From: Coriobacteriia bacterium
Lineage (GTDB): Bacteria > Actinomycetota > Coriobacteriia > Anaerosomatales > JAAXUF01
Assembly (NCBI GenBank): GCA_038249135.1
Contig: JBBRWO010000001.1
Span: 24,876 to 88,875 of the forward strand
Reading direction: 5' to 3'
Length of the DNA stretch: 64,000 nt
Made by a program: the position numbers and the translations under genes. This document shows, in pieces, positions 49,555 through 58,175 of the stretch; the first letter of the stretch is position 1; the number at the start of each line of letters is the position of its first letter. The notes below the pieces were generated by a model. It worked only from the letters and a program-made list of their open reading frames with translations, was not told where the DNA came from and did not search any database.

Positions 49555-50073
49555 TTAGTCGACGTGGATCAGCGAGACGATCTTTGCTTCGGGATCCAGC
49601 TTCGATCGACCGCTCAGAAAGTCGAGTTCGATGAGGAATGCGAAGCCAGCCACGCGGCCACCGGATTCCTTGACGAGCGAGGCCTTGGCAGCCGCGGTTC
49701 CACCAGTCGCAAGCACGTCGTCGACGATCAGCACAACATCTTCGGCGACGAAGGCGTCCGAGTGGACTTCGAGTGAGTCGGTGCCGTACTCCAGCTCATA
49801 CTCAACAGACGAGATGTCCCATGGCAGCTTCCCCGGTTTGCGAGCTGGCACGAAGCCGGCGTTGAGACGATACGCCAGAGCTCCCGCGAAGATGAATCCG
49901 CGCGCTTCCGCACCCATCACCTTAGTGACGCCGGCATCGGCGTACGCGTCGGCCATGGCGTCGATGGTGGCGCGAAACGCGTCAGCATCTGCAAGTAGTG
50001 GGGTGATGTCCTTGAAAACGACACCGGCTTTTGGCCAGTCTGGAATATCACGAATGTAAGAAGCGAGATCCAC
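49555..50073 (-). CDS. apt: Adenine phosphoribosyltransferase
   Basis: FKDITPLL, EARGF, RKPGKLP, YELEYG, VDDVLATGGT. Confidence 0.97.
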   Translation of the reverse strand: MDLASYIRDIPDWPKAGVVFKDITPLLADADAFRATIDAMADAYADAGVTKVMGAEARGFIFAGALAYRLNAGFVPARKPGKLPWDISSVEYELEYGTDSLEVHSDAFVAEDVVLIVDDVLATGGTAAAKASLVKESGGRVAGFAFLIELDFLSGRSKLDPEAKIVSLIHVD

Positions 50074-50134
50074 GGTTCCTCCAATAGGCGCGATGTGGGC
50101 ACCACGACAGGGTACCGCTTACGCGCGTCGTAGA

Positions 50135-51130
50135 CTACAGCCGACAGGCCTGAAGCGACAGCGTTTCCACTTCTGACACCGTGCCGAGTACCACGATCTT
50201 CTCCCCTGCGTTGATGACGGTTTCGGGACCAGGGTTACCGTTCACTGTCCCGTCTTGTCGGAGCACGGCGACTACCTGCGCTCCTGTCAGCTCGCGAATC
50301 CTCGCATCGGCGAGGCTCTTCCCAGCGAAGCAGGAGTCGGGCATCAACTCGAGTTCCTGCAATCGGTAGCCGACTCCCTCGCCCGCCGACACTATGTCGA
50401 GGTAGTCCGACACCGTGGGCCGCATGACCATCGCGGCCATTCTGCGTCCGCCGATGACGTTGGGCGTTATGGTTCGATTCGCGCCGGCCTTCAGAAGTTT
50501 GGGCTCGGTCGACGCGTGGGAGGAACGCGCAACGATGAACACATCCGGATTGAGACCACGCGCCGTCACGGTGACGAAGAGATTCTCGGCGTCGCCAGAG
50601 AGGGCTGTGATGATGCTCCCAGCGCGCTCCAGTCCGGCTTCAAGCAGCGTCTCCTCCTCGGTGGCATCGCCGTGAACGCACAACCACCCGAGCTCACGCG
50701 CCTCCTCGACAGTGCCGGAATCGGCATCCACGATCACGAAACCGGCGTCTTCATCGGCGAGTGAGTGGCATGCCACACTCCCCACTCTTCCGAAACCCGC
50801 GACAATCGTATGGCCCTCAAGCGAACTGATGCGATTCTGCATGCGGCGACCTTCCAAGTAGCCGGTCACGTGACCTTCGAGCAGGAAATCGATGAACTGC
50901 GCCAGCGAGAAACCGAGTGCACCAACCCCGGCGAGGATAAGGACGATGGTGAATGCTCGTCCGGCTGTGGTAAGCGGATGCGTCTCGCCGAATCCCACGG
51001 TACCCACAGTGATTACCGTCATGTAGAGGGCATCGAAGACCGACCAACGTTCGATGAGCGTGAATCCCGCGGTACCGGCGAAGATGACCACCAGGACCGT
51101 AATCAGAGGCCATTTGAGTCGATTCAGCAT
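50135..51130 (-). CDS. Potassium channel with RCK (TrkA-N/TrkA-C) domains
   Basis: TVGTVGFGE selectivity filter, GFGRVG, GDAT, RCK_C; ATG 51130 immediately after hpt. Confidence 0.9.
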   Translation of the reverse strand: MLNRLKWPLITVLVVIFAGTAGFTLIERWSVFDALYMTVITVGTVGFGETHPLTTAGRAFTIVLILAGVGALGFSLAQFIDFLLEGHVTGYLEGRRMQNRISSLEGHTIVAGFGRVGSVACHSLADEDAGFVIVDADSGTVEEARELGWLCVHGDATEEETLLEAGLERAGSIITALSGDAENLFVTVTARGLNPDVFIVARSSHASTEPKLLKAGANRTITPNVIGGRRMAAMVMRPTVSDYLDIVSAGEGVGYRLQELELMPDSCFAGKSLADARIRELTGAQVVAVLRQDGTVNGNPGPETVINAGEKIVVLGTVSEVETLSLQACRL

Positions 51131-51131
51131 C

Positions 51132-51674
51132 TCAGAACACAACCTCATCAGGCAGAGTGGCAACATAGGGAAGGTTCCTGAATCGCCCGTTGAGATCGAG
51201 GCCATATCCGACCAGAAACTCGTCGGACATCTCCATACCTCGATAGGTGATAGGAATGTCAGCGATTCGCCGAGAAGGCTTGTCCAGAAGTGTGCATACC
51301 TCAAGCCTCGCGGGGTTTCGGGCTCTGAGGAGCTTCAGTACATAGTTCGCTGTGAGCCCGGTGTCGATCACGTCCTCTACCAAGAGGACACTCGTGCCAC
51401 CGATGTCATCGGAGAGGTCCTTTGTAAGCCGGACAAAACCGCCCGTGCCGTGAGCGTACGGCTGTACCGCGATGAAATCGATCTGGAGTGGTTGCGGGAT
51501 TGCCCTGCATAGATCAGCTAAGAACAAGAGCCCACCCTTCAACACTGTGACCAGACGCAGTTCTTCGCCGGCGTGGTCCTCGGCGACCTGAGAGCCCAGC
51601 CGAGCCACCGCATCGGCGATTCGCTCCTGGTCCGCGACAATGCGAGACCCTGAGGGCAAACCGACCAGACTCAC
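51132..51674 (-). CDS. hpt: Hypoxanthine phosphoribosyltransferase-family protein
   Basis: VLKGG, VEDVIDTGLT, LLDK, FLVGYGLD, RNLPYV. Confidence 0.88.
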   Translation of the reverse strand: MSLVGLPSGSRIVADQERIADAVARLGSQVAEDHAGEELRLVTVLKGGLLFLADLCRAIPQPLQIDFIAVQPYAHGTGGFVRLTKDLSDDIGGTSVLLVEDVIDTGLTANYVLKLLRARNPARLEVCTLLDKPSRRIADIPITYRGMEMSDEFLVGYGLDLNGRFRNLPYVATLPDEVVF

Positions 51675-52120
51675 TCTGGATCATCTCCCGGATGGCTCGC
51701 GATGAAGCCACCACCTTTCGCATGTGAAACCGCTTCTGTGGGAACGCCGAAGCGTGCGAGCAGATGTCGGAAGTCCTTCTGGTAGAAGACCTTGATGTTC
51801 ACGTCCGGATAGAGCTCCTTGAGCCGGCGAACCTTCCGATTCTTCTTTGTGACAAGCTTCTGGCTCATGGTCGTCAACTCGATATACGTGTCAAAATCCA
51901 CGAGGTAAAAGTCAGGAGTGAAATACGAGATCGGATTTCCGGCACCGTCCCACTGAATGGGAAACGACGTCGGCTCGTACTGCCACGCGATCCGGTAGTA
52001 GTTCAGAATCTGTGCGGCCATACGCTCGCTTGAGTGTGCGAAGTCCATCTGATCAAGCGGTGGGTGAGCTGCCACAACAGCGCTCCGAGCGTCGTCGGGG
52101 CTGTCGGCGTGTGCATTCAT
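51671..52120 (-). CDS. Hypothetical protein with a PD-(D/E)XK-like fold
   Basis: HSSE...WQYEP...FTPDFYL...YIELTT; coupled to hpt by GTGA overlap. Confidence 0.7.
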   Translation of the reverse strand: MNAHADSPDDARSAVVAAHPPLDQMDFAHSSERMAAQILNYYRIAWQYEPTSFPIQWDGAGNPISYFTPDFYLVDFDTYIELTTMSQKLVTKKNRKVRRLKELYPDVNIKVFYQKDFRHLLARFGVPTEAVSHAKGGGFIASHPGDDPE

Positions 52121-52122
52121 GA

Positions 52123-52830
52123 CTACGTGAGGTCCTCGAAAGCTTTGCCGAGTGCGCGGCGCAGAAGACGGCCCTTGAGCTCGTCGGTAAGAGTTCCGAG
52201 CTCCGTCAGCGTCTCAGCGAGCTTCTGCTTGGTGTCCACCGTCCGATGGCGAAACGCAGGCATGAGAATCTGAGAGAAGAGCGCAGCCTCTCGGTCTGCG
52301 AAGTTCTCGTACATGCGCAGGTGTCGCGGTTCAACGCCAAATCTGCGCATGTCCCAAGCCGCGTGAACGATCTGCACATCCCCACGGTCGAGAGCATCGG
52401 CGGAGTCCACCTTGCCGATGACCACGAGACCGAATTCCGCAAGCTCCCGGATGAAAGACACGGGGATACCGAGAGCTGTTGGAGCGGTCTCGATCAAAAA
52501 CGGCCCCTCGTCCTCCACGCTGAGTGGAAGGGGTTCGGTCATGCCCACGGGGCTTCGCTGAAGTTCGGCCGGGATGCGCCCGCGATCAAAGTCAGTGAGC
52601 TTCTCTCGAATGACCGCAAGTGGCAAGAAGTGGTCCTTTTGGAGTCTCAAAATCATCTCCACGCGTGCAACATCGGCCTGAGAAAACTTGCGGTAGCCGC
52701 CGGCCGTGCGCTCCGGTGCGACAAGCTCCTCTTCCTCGAGGAATCGTACCTTGGAGATCGAAAGGTCGGGGTATGCACTCTGTAGTCTCTGCACAACCTC
52801 GCCGATTGTCAGATAGTCGCGTCCCGACAT
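52123..52830 (-). CDS. MerR-family regulator (FtsR/Rv1828-like)
   Basis: LTIGEV...SISKVRFLEEE...PERTAGGYRKF...LPLAVIRE; FGVEPRHLR; follows the FHA gene. Confidence 0.88.
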   Translation of the reverse strand: MSGRDYLTIGEVVQRLQSAYPDLSISKVRFLEEEELVAPERTAGGYRKFSQADVARVEMILRLQKDHFLPLAVIREKLTDFDRGRIPAELQRSPVGMTEPLPLSVEDEGPFLIETAPTALGIPVSFIRELAEFGLVVIGKVDSADALDRGDVQIVHAAWDMRRFGVEPRHLRMYENFADREAALFSQILMPAFRHRTVDTKQKLAETLTELGTLTDELKGRLLRRALGKAFEDLT

Positions 52831-52832
52831 GA

Positions 52833-53279
52833 CTAACACACGCCCGATCCGAGAAAGAACACCATCTGGAACGTGCCGACCTGAAGCACATCGCCATCGG
52901 CAAGCTGAGCCGAATCCACGAGTTCACCGTTAATGTAGGTGCCGTTGAGGGAACCCGAGTCGGTCATATGGACCCCACTCGCCGAGCACTCCAACACTGC
53001 GTGAATCCGGGATACGGTCATGTCATTGAGGAAGATGTCACTCTGAGGGTCGCGTCCAACGGTGAGGCGGGCTCGATCGAGGAAGAATCGCTCACCGGGT
53101 TGGGGGCCTTTACGTACAACAAGAACGGGCCCTTCAGTTACGGTGGGAGACGGTACGGCGGTCTCGGTCACCTGTACCGGTTCGAACGACGCAGTCGCGC
53201 CCGGTACATGAAGACCGCACGAGGGGCAAACTCCGTCCTTGGAGTCCACAGGCACTCCGCACGCTGGGCACTGTGCCAC
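52833..53279 (-). CDS. Zinc-ribbon + FHA domain protein (GarA/OdhI-like)
   Basis: CPACG...CPSCG; FHA motifs GR..SDIFLNDMTVSRIHA, GSLNGTYING. Confidence 0.9.
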   Translation of the reverse strand: MAQCPACGVPVDSKDGVCPSCGLHVPGATASFEPVQVTETAVPSPTVTEGPVLVVRKGPQPGERFFLDRARLTVGRDPQSDIFLNDMTVSRIHAVLECSASGVHMTDSGSLNGTYINGELVDSAQLADGDVLQVGTFQMVFFLGSGVC

Positions 53280-53307
53280 GTTGGTCATCCCCTCTCGCAT
53301 GTTGATG

Positions 53308-53571
53308 TCAGTTTGAAAACCCGATTTCCGGGGGCTGAAATGCAGTCTGTATCTCGTGTTCGAGGGCGTCAACGACCTCAGGGTTCTCGAGAATATGCTT
53401 ACGCTTCTCGTCTGACAGACGATTCCTGACATACGGGTCATCGATGACTTCCATGAGGCGTCGTCCGTTGTTAACCTCGCGGATGACGTACTCGACAACT
53501 CGCTCTTCAACGGGATCCGACGCGAGATCCTCAAAGAACTGACGAATACGATCGTTGATGCTGCTGGCCAA
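53308..53571 (-). CDS. Hypothetical helical protein (87 aa)
   Basis: AAGGAGG RBS before TTG 53571; fills the gap between the RsiG-like and FHA genes. Confidence 0.78.
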   Translation of the reverse strand: MASSINDRIRQFFEDLASDPVEERVVEYVIREVNNGRRLMEVIDDPYVRNRLSDEKRKHILENPEVVDALEHEIQTAFQPPEIGFSN

Positions 53572-53631
53572 AGGTCCTCCTTGAGTCAGCACCGATACCC
53601 AGTGACATCGGTGGCGTTACATAGGGACGTG

Positions 53632-53943
53632 CTAATCGATGGCGTCCGGGTCATCGTCGGCTGCGACATCGTACCGAGATATCCCACGAAGGTCATTGGC
53701 GAGGATGTCGATGAGTCGATTGACGTCGCTGCCGCTGATCACGTCAGCTCCCGCTTCATGTTCACCCTTGAGTCGACGCACCAACTCAGCACGTAGAATA
53801 TCGATCTTCCCGTGCAGTACACGACGGCGATACGATGTTCTCTGCTCCTCGGCATACAGATCATCGAGGAGCTCACGCAGCTGCTCGTTGGTCTTCTTCC
53901 CAAGGTCGAGCAGTGCGTCGTCTCTATCCTCTTGGTCGAGCAT
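53632..53943 (-). CDS. RsiG-like c-di-GMP-binding anti-sigma factor (single motif)
   Basis: E33-x3-S37-x2-R40-x3-H44-x3-D48 in a coiled coil (EEQRTSYRRRVLHGKIDILRAEL). Confidence 0.78.
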   Translation of the reverse strand: MLDQEDRDDALLDLGKKTNEQLRELLDDLYAEEQRTSYRRRVLHGKIDILRAELVRRLKGEHEAGADVISGSDVNRLIDILANDLRGISRYDVAADDDPDAID

Positions 53944-53982
53944 GCTGCATACCTTCCCCTCGATTCAGGCTCCTCTAGTCGG

Positions 53983-53988
53983 ATTGTA
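53983..53988 (-). promoter_or_regulatory. Candidate -10 element (TACAAT) for the RsiG-like cassette
   Basis: GGTACAAT on the - strand, 40 nt upstream of the ATG. Confidence 0.45.
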
Positions 53989-54047
53989 CCGTAAGTGAGG
54001 GTCTCAGAACCTGTCGAGGTGAAGTACACGTTCAGGGTCGCACCTCA

Positions 54048-54836
54048 TCACACGTCGTCTTCTTCGACGCTCATGACCAGCGGTAACAGGCTCACAGCGA
54101 GCGCAATCTCTGCGGTCGTTGGGTTACCCGGCTCGAAGTTGACTCCGAGGGACGTGGAAATCCCTTCAACAACTGCGGCGGAAATACGTTCAATCGTGGG
54201 CACCGGCGTCACGAGATCGGACAGTGTGGCAGTACGTAGAGCCAGAAGTGCGGAGGCGTCCTCATTGAGCCTGAACACGCGGCTCTCCTTCACTACGTCA
54301 CGCGCCACCGTGAACGAGCCGTGTTGGAGGACCGTGTCTCCCGACCACACCTGCGCCGACCCGGAGAGCTTCCGGGCGCCAATCGAGAGATCTGCAGCGG
54401 TCGCATGCAGGTAGCAGGCCGCAGACGTGCGATCTCCACGTGCGGTTGCCGTAAGCAGGGCGTCCACGCCAAGAAGTCGATACGCCTCGGCAAGCCCTGT
54501 GCACAGCACCCGATATGACGCAGCGACGCCCCGAGGAATGCCGTCCTCGGCGCCGCAGACGAGCGAGTACGTGAGTTCGTTCGCGTGGAGCACTCCCCTG
54601 CCACCGGTGAACCGCCTCACCATGTCGATGCCATGGGATTCGCAGTAGGAGGAATCGACAGTGGAGCCCTTCTGAAACCGTCCGAGGGTCACTGTCGGTC
54701 GCACCCACTGGTAGAGCCGCAACGTCGGTGGTGACTCGCCTGAATCGCGGGAAAGTTGGATGGCCCGGTCGAGCGCCATATTCCAGGCGCCCTCGGCCGG
54801 GCCATCGTCAACGATCAGTCGCCACGCTGCGCTCAT
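54048..54836 (-). CDS. Lipoate ligase-family protein (LipM-like octanoyltransferase)
   Basis: NMALD, LRLYQW, VRRFTGGRGVLH, KLSGSAQ, LQHGS; short, with no accessory domain; follows the gcv genes. Confidence 0.85.
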   Translation of the reverse strand: MSAAWRLIVDDGPAEGAWNMALDRAIQLSRDSGESPPTLRLYQWVRPTVTLGRFQKGSTVDSSYCESHGIDMVRRFTGGRGVLHANELTYSLVCGAEDGIPRGVAASYRVLCTGLAEAYRLLGVDALLTATARGDRTSAACYLHATAADLSIGARKLSGSAQVWSGDTVLQHGSFTVARDVVKESRVFRLNEDASALLALRTATLSDLVTPVPTIERISAAVVEGISTSLGVNFEPGNPTTAEIALAVSLLPLVMSVEEDDV

Positions 54837-54846
54837 CGCCTACGTC

Positions 54847-56346
54847 TCACTCAGGAGTCGAGCGGTAGCGCAGATCGGGATTTCGTGCGGCTCCGGCCTC
54901 GTCCAGTCGGCGAACCGGAGTCGTATATGGTGCGCCCTTGACGAGCTCAGGGTTCTCGGCGGCCTCCTCGGCGATAGTGAGCATCACCTCGACGAAGGCG
55001 TCGAGCGCCTCCAGCGGCTCAGTCTCGGTAGGCTCGATCATCATGCCTTCCTCGACGAGCATCGGGAAGTAGATGGTAGGCGGATGGAAGCCGTAGTCGA
55101 GCAGGCGCTTCGCCATGTCGAGCGTGCGAACACCGAACTCGCGCTTCTGATGAGCGCCCGACATCACGAATTCATGCATACAGGTGCGACCGTACGGCAC
55201 CTCGAACGTGGACTCCAACTTGACCTTGAGGTAGTTGGCCGAGAGTACTGCTTGCTCGGCGACCTCACGCAGGCCGAAACCGCCAAGTGCGCGCACGTAG
55301 GCGTACGCCCTGACGAGGACGCCGAAGTTCCCGTAGCCGGCTCGAACTCGTCCGAGCGACTGCTCGGGCCATCCGAGGCCATATCCGCCGTCTTCGAACT
55401 CCACAGCGATCGGGCCTGGCAGGAACGGGGCCAGCTCGTCGGTCACACAGATCGGACCTGAGCCTGGTCCTCCTCCGCCATGTGGCGTGGCGAACGTCTT
55501 GTGAAGGTTGATGTGCATCGCATCAAAGCCCATGTCACCCGGCCGGGTCTTGCCCAGGATAGCGTTGAGGTTGGCGCCGTCGCAGTAGGCGAACGCCCCG
55601 ACCGCGTGGACGGCTTCCGTGATCTCAAGGATGTTTTCGTCGAACAGACCGACCGTATTGGGATTCGTGAGCATGAACGCGGCGACGTCGGTGTCAAGGA
55701 CGGCCTTGAGGGCATCCAGGTCCACCTCGCCCCGTTCGTTGCTCGGAATCGTGATCGCGTCCCAGCCACACATCGTGACCGAAGCGGGATTGGTCCCGTG
55801 GGCGGTGTCCGGGATGATGACCTTCTTGCGCGCGTCTCCGCGTGCAGTGAGAGCAGCACGGAAGACCATGAGCGCGGCGAGTTCCCCGTGCGCTCCGGCG
55901 GCCGGCTGCAGGCTCACGCCCGGAAGCCCGGTAATCTCCGCGAGGGCGTCTGACAGGCCCACCATGAGCTCCAGGGCGCCTTGGGTGGTGTCCTCGGGTT
56001 GATATGGATGAAGTCCGGCGAAGCCTTCGAGGCGGCAAGCATCCTCGTTGATGCGCGGGTTGTACTTCATCGTGCAGCTGCCGAGAGGATACATTCCTGA
56101 GTCCACGCCAAAGTTCATGGAGGCGAGGTGTGAATAATGCCGCATGATCTCAAGCTCGGTGACGTTGGGCAGGTCGAGTGCCGCGCGTCGAGTGCGACCA
56201 CCGAGCATCTCGTCCAGAGACCCCATGGGCACATCCAGTGGAGGCGCCTCGACGCAGCGAGATTCAGGTGCGCCGAGTTCGAAGATCAGGCTGCGAGGTC
56301 CGCGCGAGGGCGCGACACCCGGCGAATGCGAGAGTTGTTCGGTCAC
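54847..56346 (-). CDS. gcvPB: Glycine dehydrogenase subunit 2
   Basis: YPLGSCTMKYNP, QPAAGAHGE, HGTNPAS, NLHKTFATPHGGGGPG. Confidence 0.96.
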   Translation of the reverse strand: MTEQLSHSPGVAPSRGPRSLIFELGAPESRCVEAPPLDVPMGSLDEMLGGRTRRAALDLPNVTELEIMRHYSHLASMNFGVDSGMYPLGSCTMKYNPRINEDACRLEGFAGLHPYQPEDTTQGALELMVGLSDALAEITGLPGVSLQPAAGAHGELAALMVFRAALTARGDARKKVIIPDTAHGTNPASVTMCGWDAITIPSNERGEVDLDALKAVLDTDVAAFMLTNPNTVGLFDENILEITEAVHAVGAFAYCDGANLNAILGKTRPGDMGFDAMHINLHKTFATPHGGGGPGSGPICVTDELAPFLPGPIAVEFEDGGYGLGWPEQSLGRVRAGYGNFGVLVRAYAYVRALGGFGLREVAEQAVLSANYLKVKLESTFEVPYGRTCMHEFVMSGAHQKREFGVRTLDMAKRLLDYGFHPPTIYFPMLVEEGMMIEPTETEPLEALDAFVEVMLTIAEEAAENPELVKGAPYTTPVRRLDEAGAARNPDLRYRSTPE

Positions 56347-57743
56347 AGGGACGCCACCTCCTTGACGAACGCATCCATCTCGAGCTTCGTGCGCTTTTCT
56401 GTCACAGCGAACAGCACGAGGTGCTCGGCAAGATCGGAATCGATGCCGGTTGGCCACTCGGCCTCCACGTCAGCGACACTGACGCCTGCGAGGAAGCCTC
56501 GCTCGAGCATGGCTTCGTGCATATCCATCACATCACCGTCGTAGGCAAGAGCGAACTCGTAACCGAAGGCTGACTCCCATGGTGCGCTGAACTTGCCGCT
56601 GGCGAGCAGAGCATCGCGCAGGTAGTGCGCCTTGGCGACACACGTGCGAGCGATTCCCGCCAGACCTTCTCGGCCGACGGCGGACAGATACACGGTGGCG
56701 GCGAGCGCGTTGAGGGCATGGTTGCTGCAGATGTTGCTGGTCGCCTTCTCGCGACGGATGTGCTGCTCGCGCGTCGACAGCGTGAGCACGAACGCGCGAT
56801 TTCCGTCCACGTCGACGGTGCGCCCGACCACGCGGCCCGGCATCTGGCGGACGTGCTTCTCCCTGCAGGCGAAGAAGCCGAGTCCAGGGCCACCAAATGA
56901 CATCGTGTTCCCCAGCGGCTGTCCCTCCCCGACCACGATGTCGGCGCCGTATGAGCTGGGAGGCTCCATGATGCCGAGCAGAATCGGGTTCGTGGCGACG
57001 ACGAGGAGTGCGCCGGCTTCATGCGTGAGTCGCGCGATCTCCTCGAGATTCTCGAAGCTGCCGAAGAAGTTCGGCGTCTGGATCAGTACCGCGGCGACGT
57101 CGCCGGAAGCGAGCTCAGCGGCCAATGTATGACCACTGGTCGCCTCGTCTCTGTGGATCAGTGTAGACCCGTCCGCCATATCAACCGATGCGAACTGACC
57201 GACCTCGATACGGCCCGCCTCAGCGTAAGTGATCAGCGTGTTCTGCCACTCCGGATGAACCGTGGGTGAACAGATGACTCTCTGACGCTTCGTGACTCGT
57301 GCCGCCATCAGTGCGCCCTCGACAAGCGCCGTAGCGCCGTCGTACATACTGGCGTTCGCAACGTCCATGCCCGTCAGCGCACACACCATCGACTGATACT
57401 CGTAGATGGCCTGGAGGGTCCCCTGGCTCACCTCGGGCTGATAGGGCGTGTATGCGGTGAAGAACTCCGGCTTGGAAACCACGTGGTCGACCACGCTCGG
57501 GATGTAGTGATCATACGTCCCTGCGCCGACAAAACTCACGAGTCCGCCGGCCGGACGGTTGCGCGAGGCCAGTGACCTCATGTGTGATTCGAGTTCGATT
57601 TCCGTAAGACCGTCAGGAAGTGCGAGCTCGCGATCGAGCCGGACCGCCTCAGGAATGACCGAGAACAGCTCGTCGACCGATGAGACGCCGACAGCGCGAA
57701 GCATGGCTTCGCGCTGTTCGCACGTTACAGGTATGTATCGCAT
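56343..57743 (-). CDS. gcvPA: Glycine dehydrogenase subunit 1
   Basis: TAYTPYQPEVSQG, NASMYDG, TREQHIRREKATSNICSN. Confidence 0.96.
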   Translation of the reverse strand: MRYIPVTCEQREAMLRAVGVSSVDELFSVIPEAVRLDRELALPDGLTEIELESHMRSLASRNRPAGGLVSFVGAGTYDHYIPSVVDHVVSKPEFFTAYTPYQPEVSQGTLQAIYEYQSMVCALTGMDVANASMYDGATALVEGALMAARVTKRQRVICSPTVHPEWQNTLITYAEAGRIEVGQFASVDMADGSTLIHRDEATSGHTLAAELASGDVAAVLIQTPNFFGSFENLEEIARLTHEAGALLVVATNPILLGIMEPPSSYGADIVVGEGQPLGNTMSFGGPGLGFFACREKHVRQMPGRVVGRTVDVDGNRAFVLTLSTREQHIRREKATSNICSNHALNALAATVYLSAVGREGLAGIARTCVAKAHYLRDALLASGKFSAPWESAFGYEFALAYDGDVMDMHEAMLERGFLAGVSVADVEAEWPTGIDSDLAEHLVLFAVTEKRTKLEMDAFVKEVASL

Positions 57744-57749
57744 CGAGAG

Positions 57750-58133
57750 CTAGCCTTCGGTGATGAAGGCGTCGTAGTCCCCGGCGCTCATGAGCGCATC
57801 GAGTTCACCGGCGTCGGAAAGGGCGACCTTGACCATCCAGCCAGCCTCATGCGGGTCCGCGTTGACGGTTTCCGGGGAGTCATCGAGCGCGCTGTTGACC
57901 TCGGTGATCTCACCTGAAACGGGGGCGAACAACTCCGAAACCGACTTGACCGACTCGATCTCGCCAAAGCTGTCACCGACGGTCAATTCGTCGCCAACTG
58001 AGGGCAGGTCAACGTAGACGACCTCGCCAAGCTGGTCCTGGGCAAATGACGAGATACCGATGGTTGCGACGTCGCCGTCGACCACCACCCACTCGTGCTC
58101 CTTGGAATACACGCGATCGCTAGGATGAGCCAT
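57750..58133 (-). CDS. gcvH: Glycine cleavage system H protein
   Basis: HEW, GIS.FAQDQLG, ESVK lipoyl-lysine. Confidence 0.97.
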   Translation of the reverse strand: MAHPSDRVYSKEHEWVVVDGDVATIGISSFAQDQLGEVVYVDLPSVGDELTVGDSFGEIESVKSVSELFAPVSGEITEVNSALDDSPETVNADPHEAGWMVKVALSDAGELDALMSAGDYDAFITEG

Positions 58134-58175
58134 CTGTCTGTGCGCTCCTTTCGGGAGAACGCGCGTCGGCCCGGG

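Noticed and set aside
53990-54045. Repeated GACCCT(G/C)A (- strand) upstream of the RsiG-like gene as a possible MerR/FtsR operator
   Set aside because: Only a loose resemblance and no clear palindrome; it cannot be supported without comparative footprinting.
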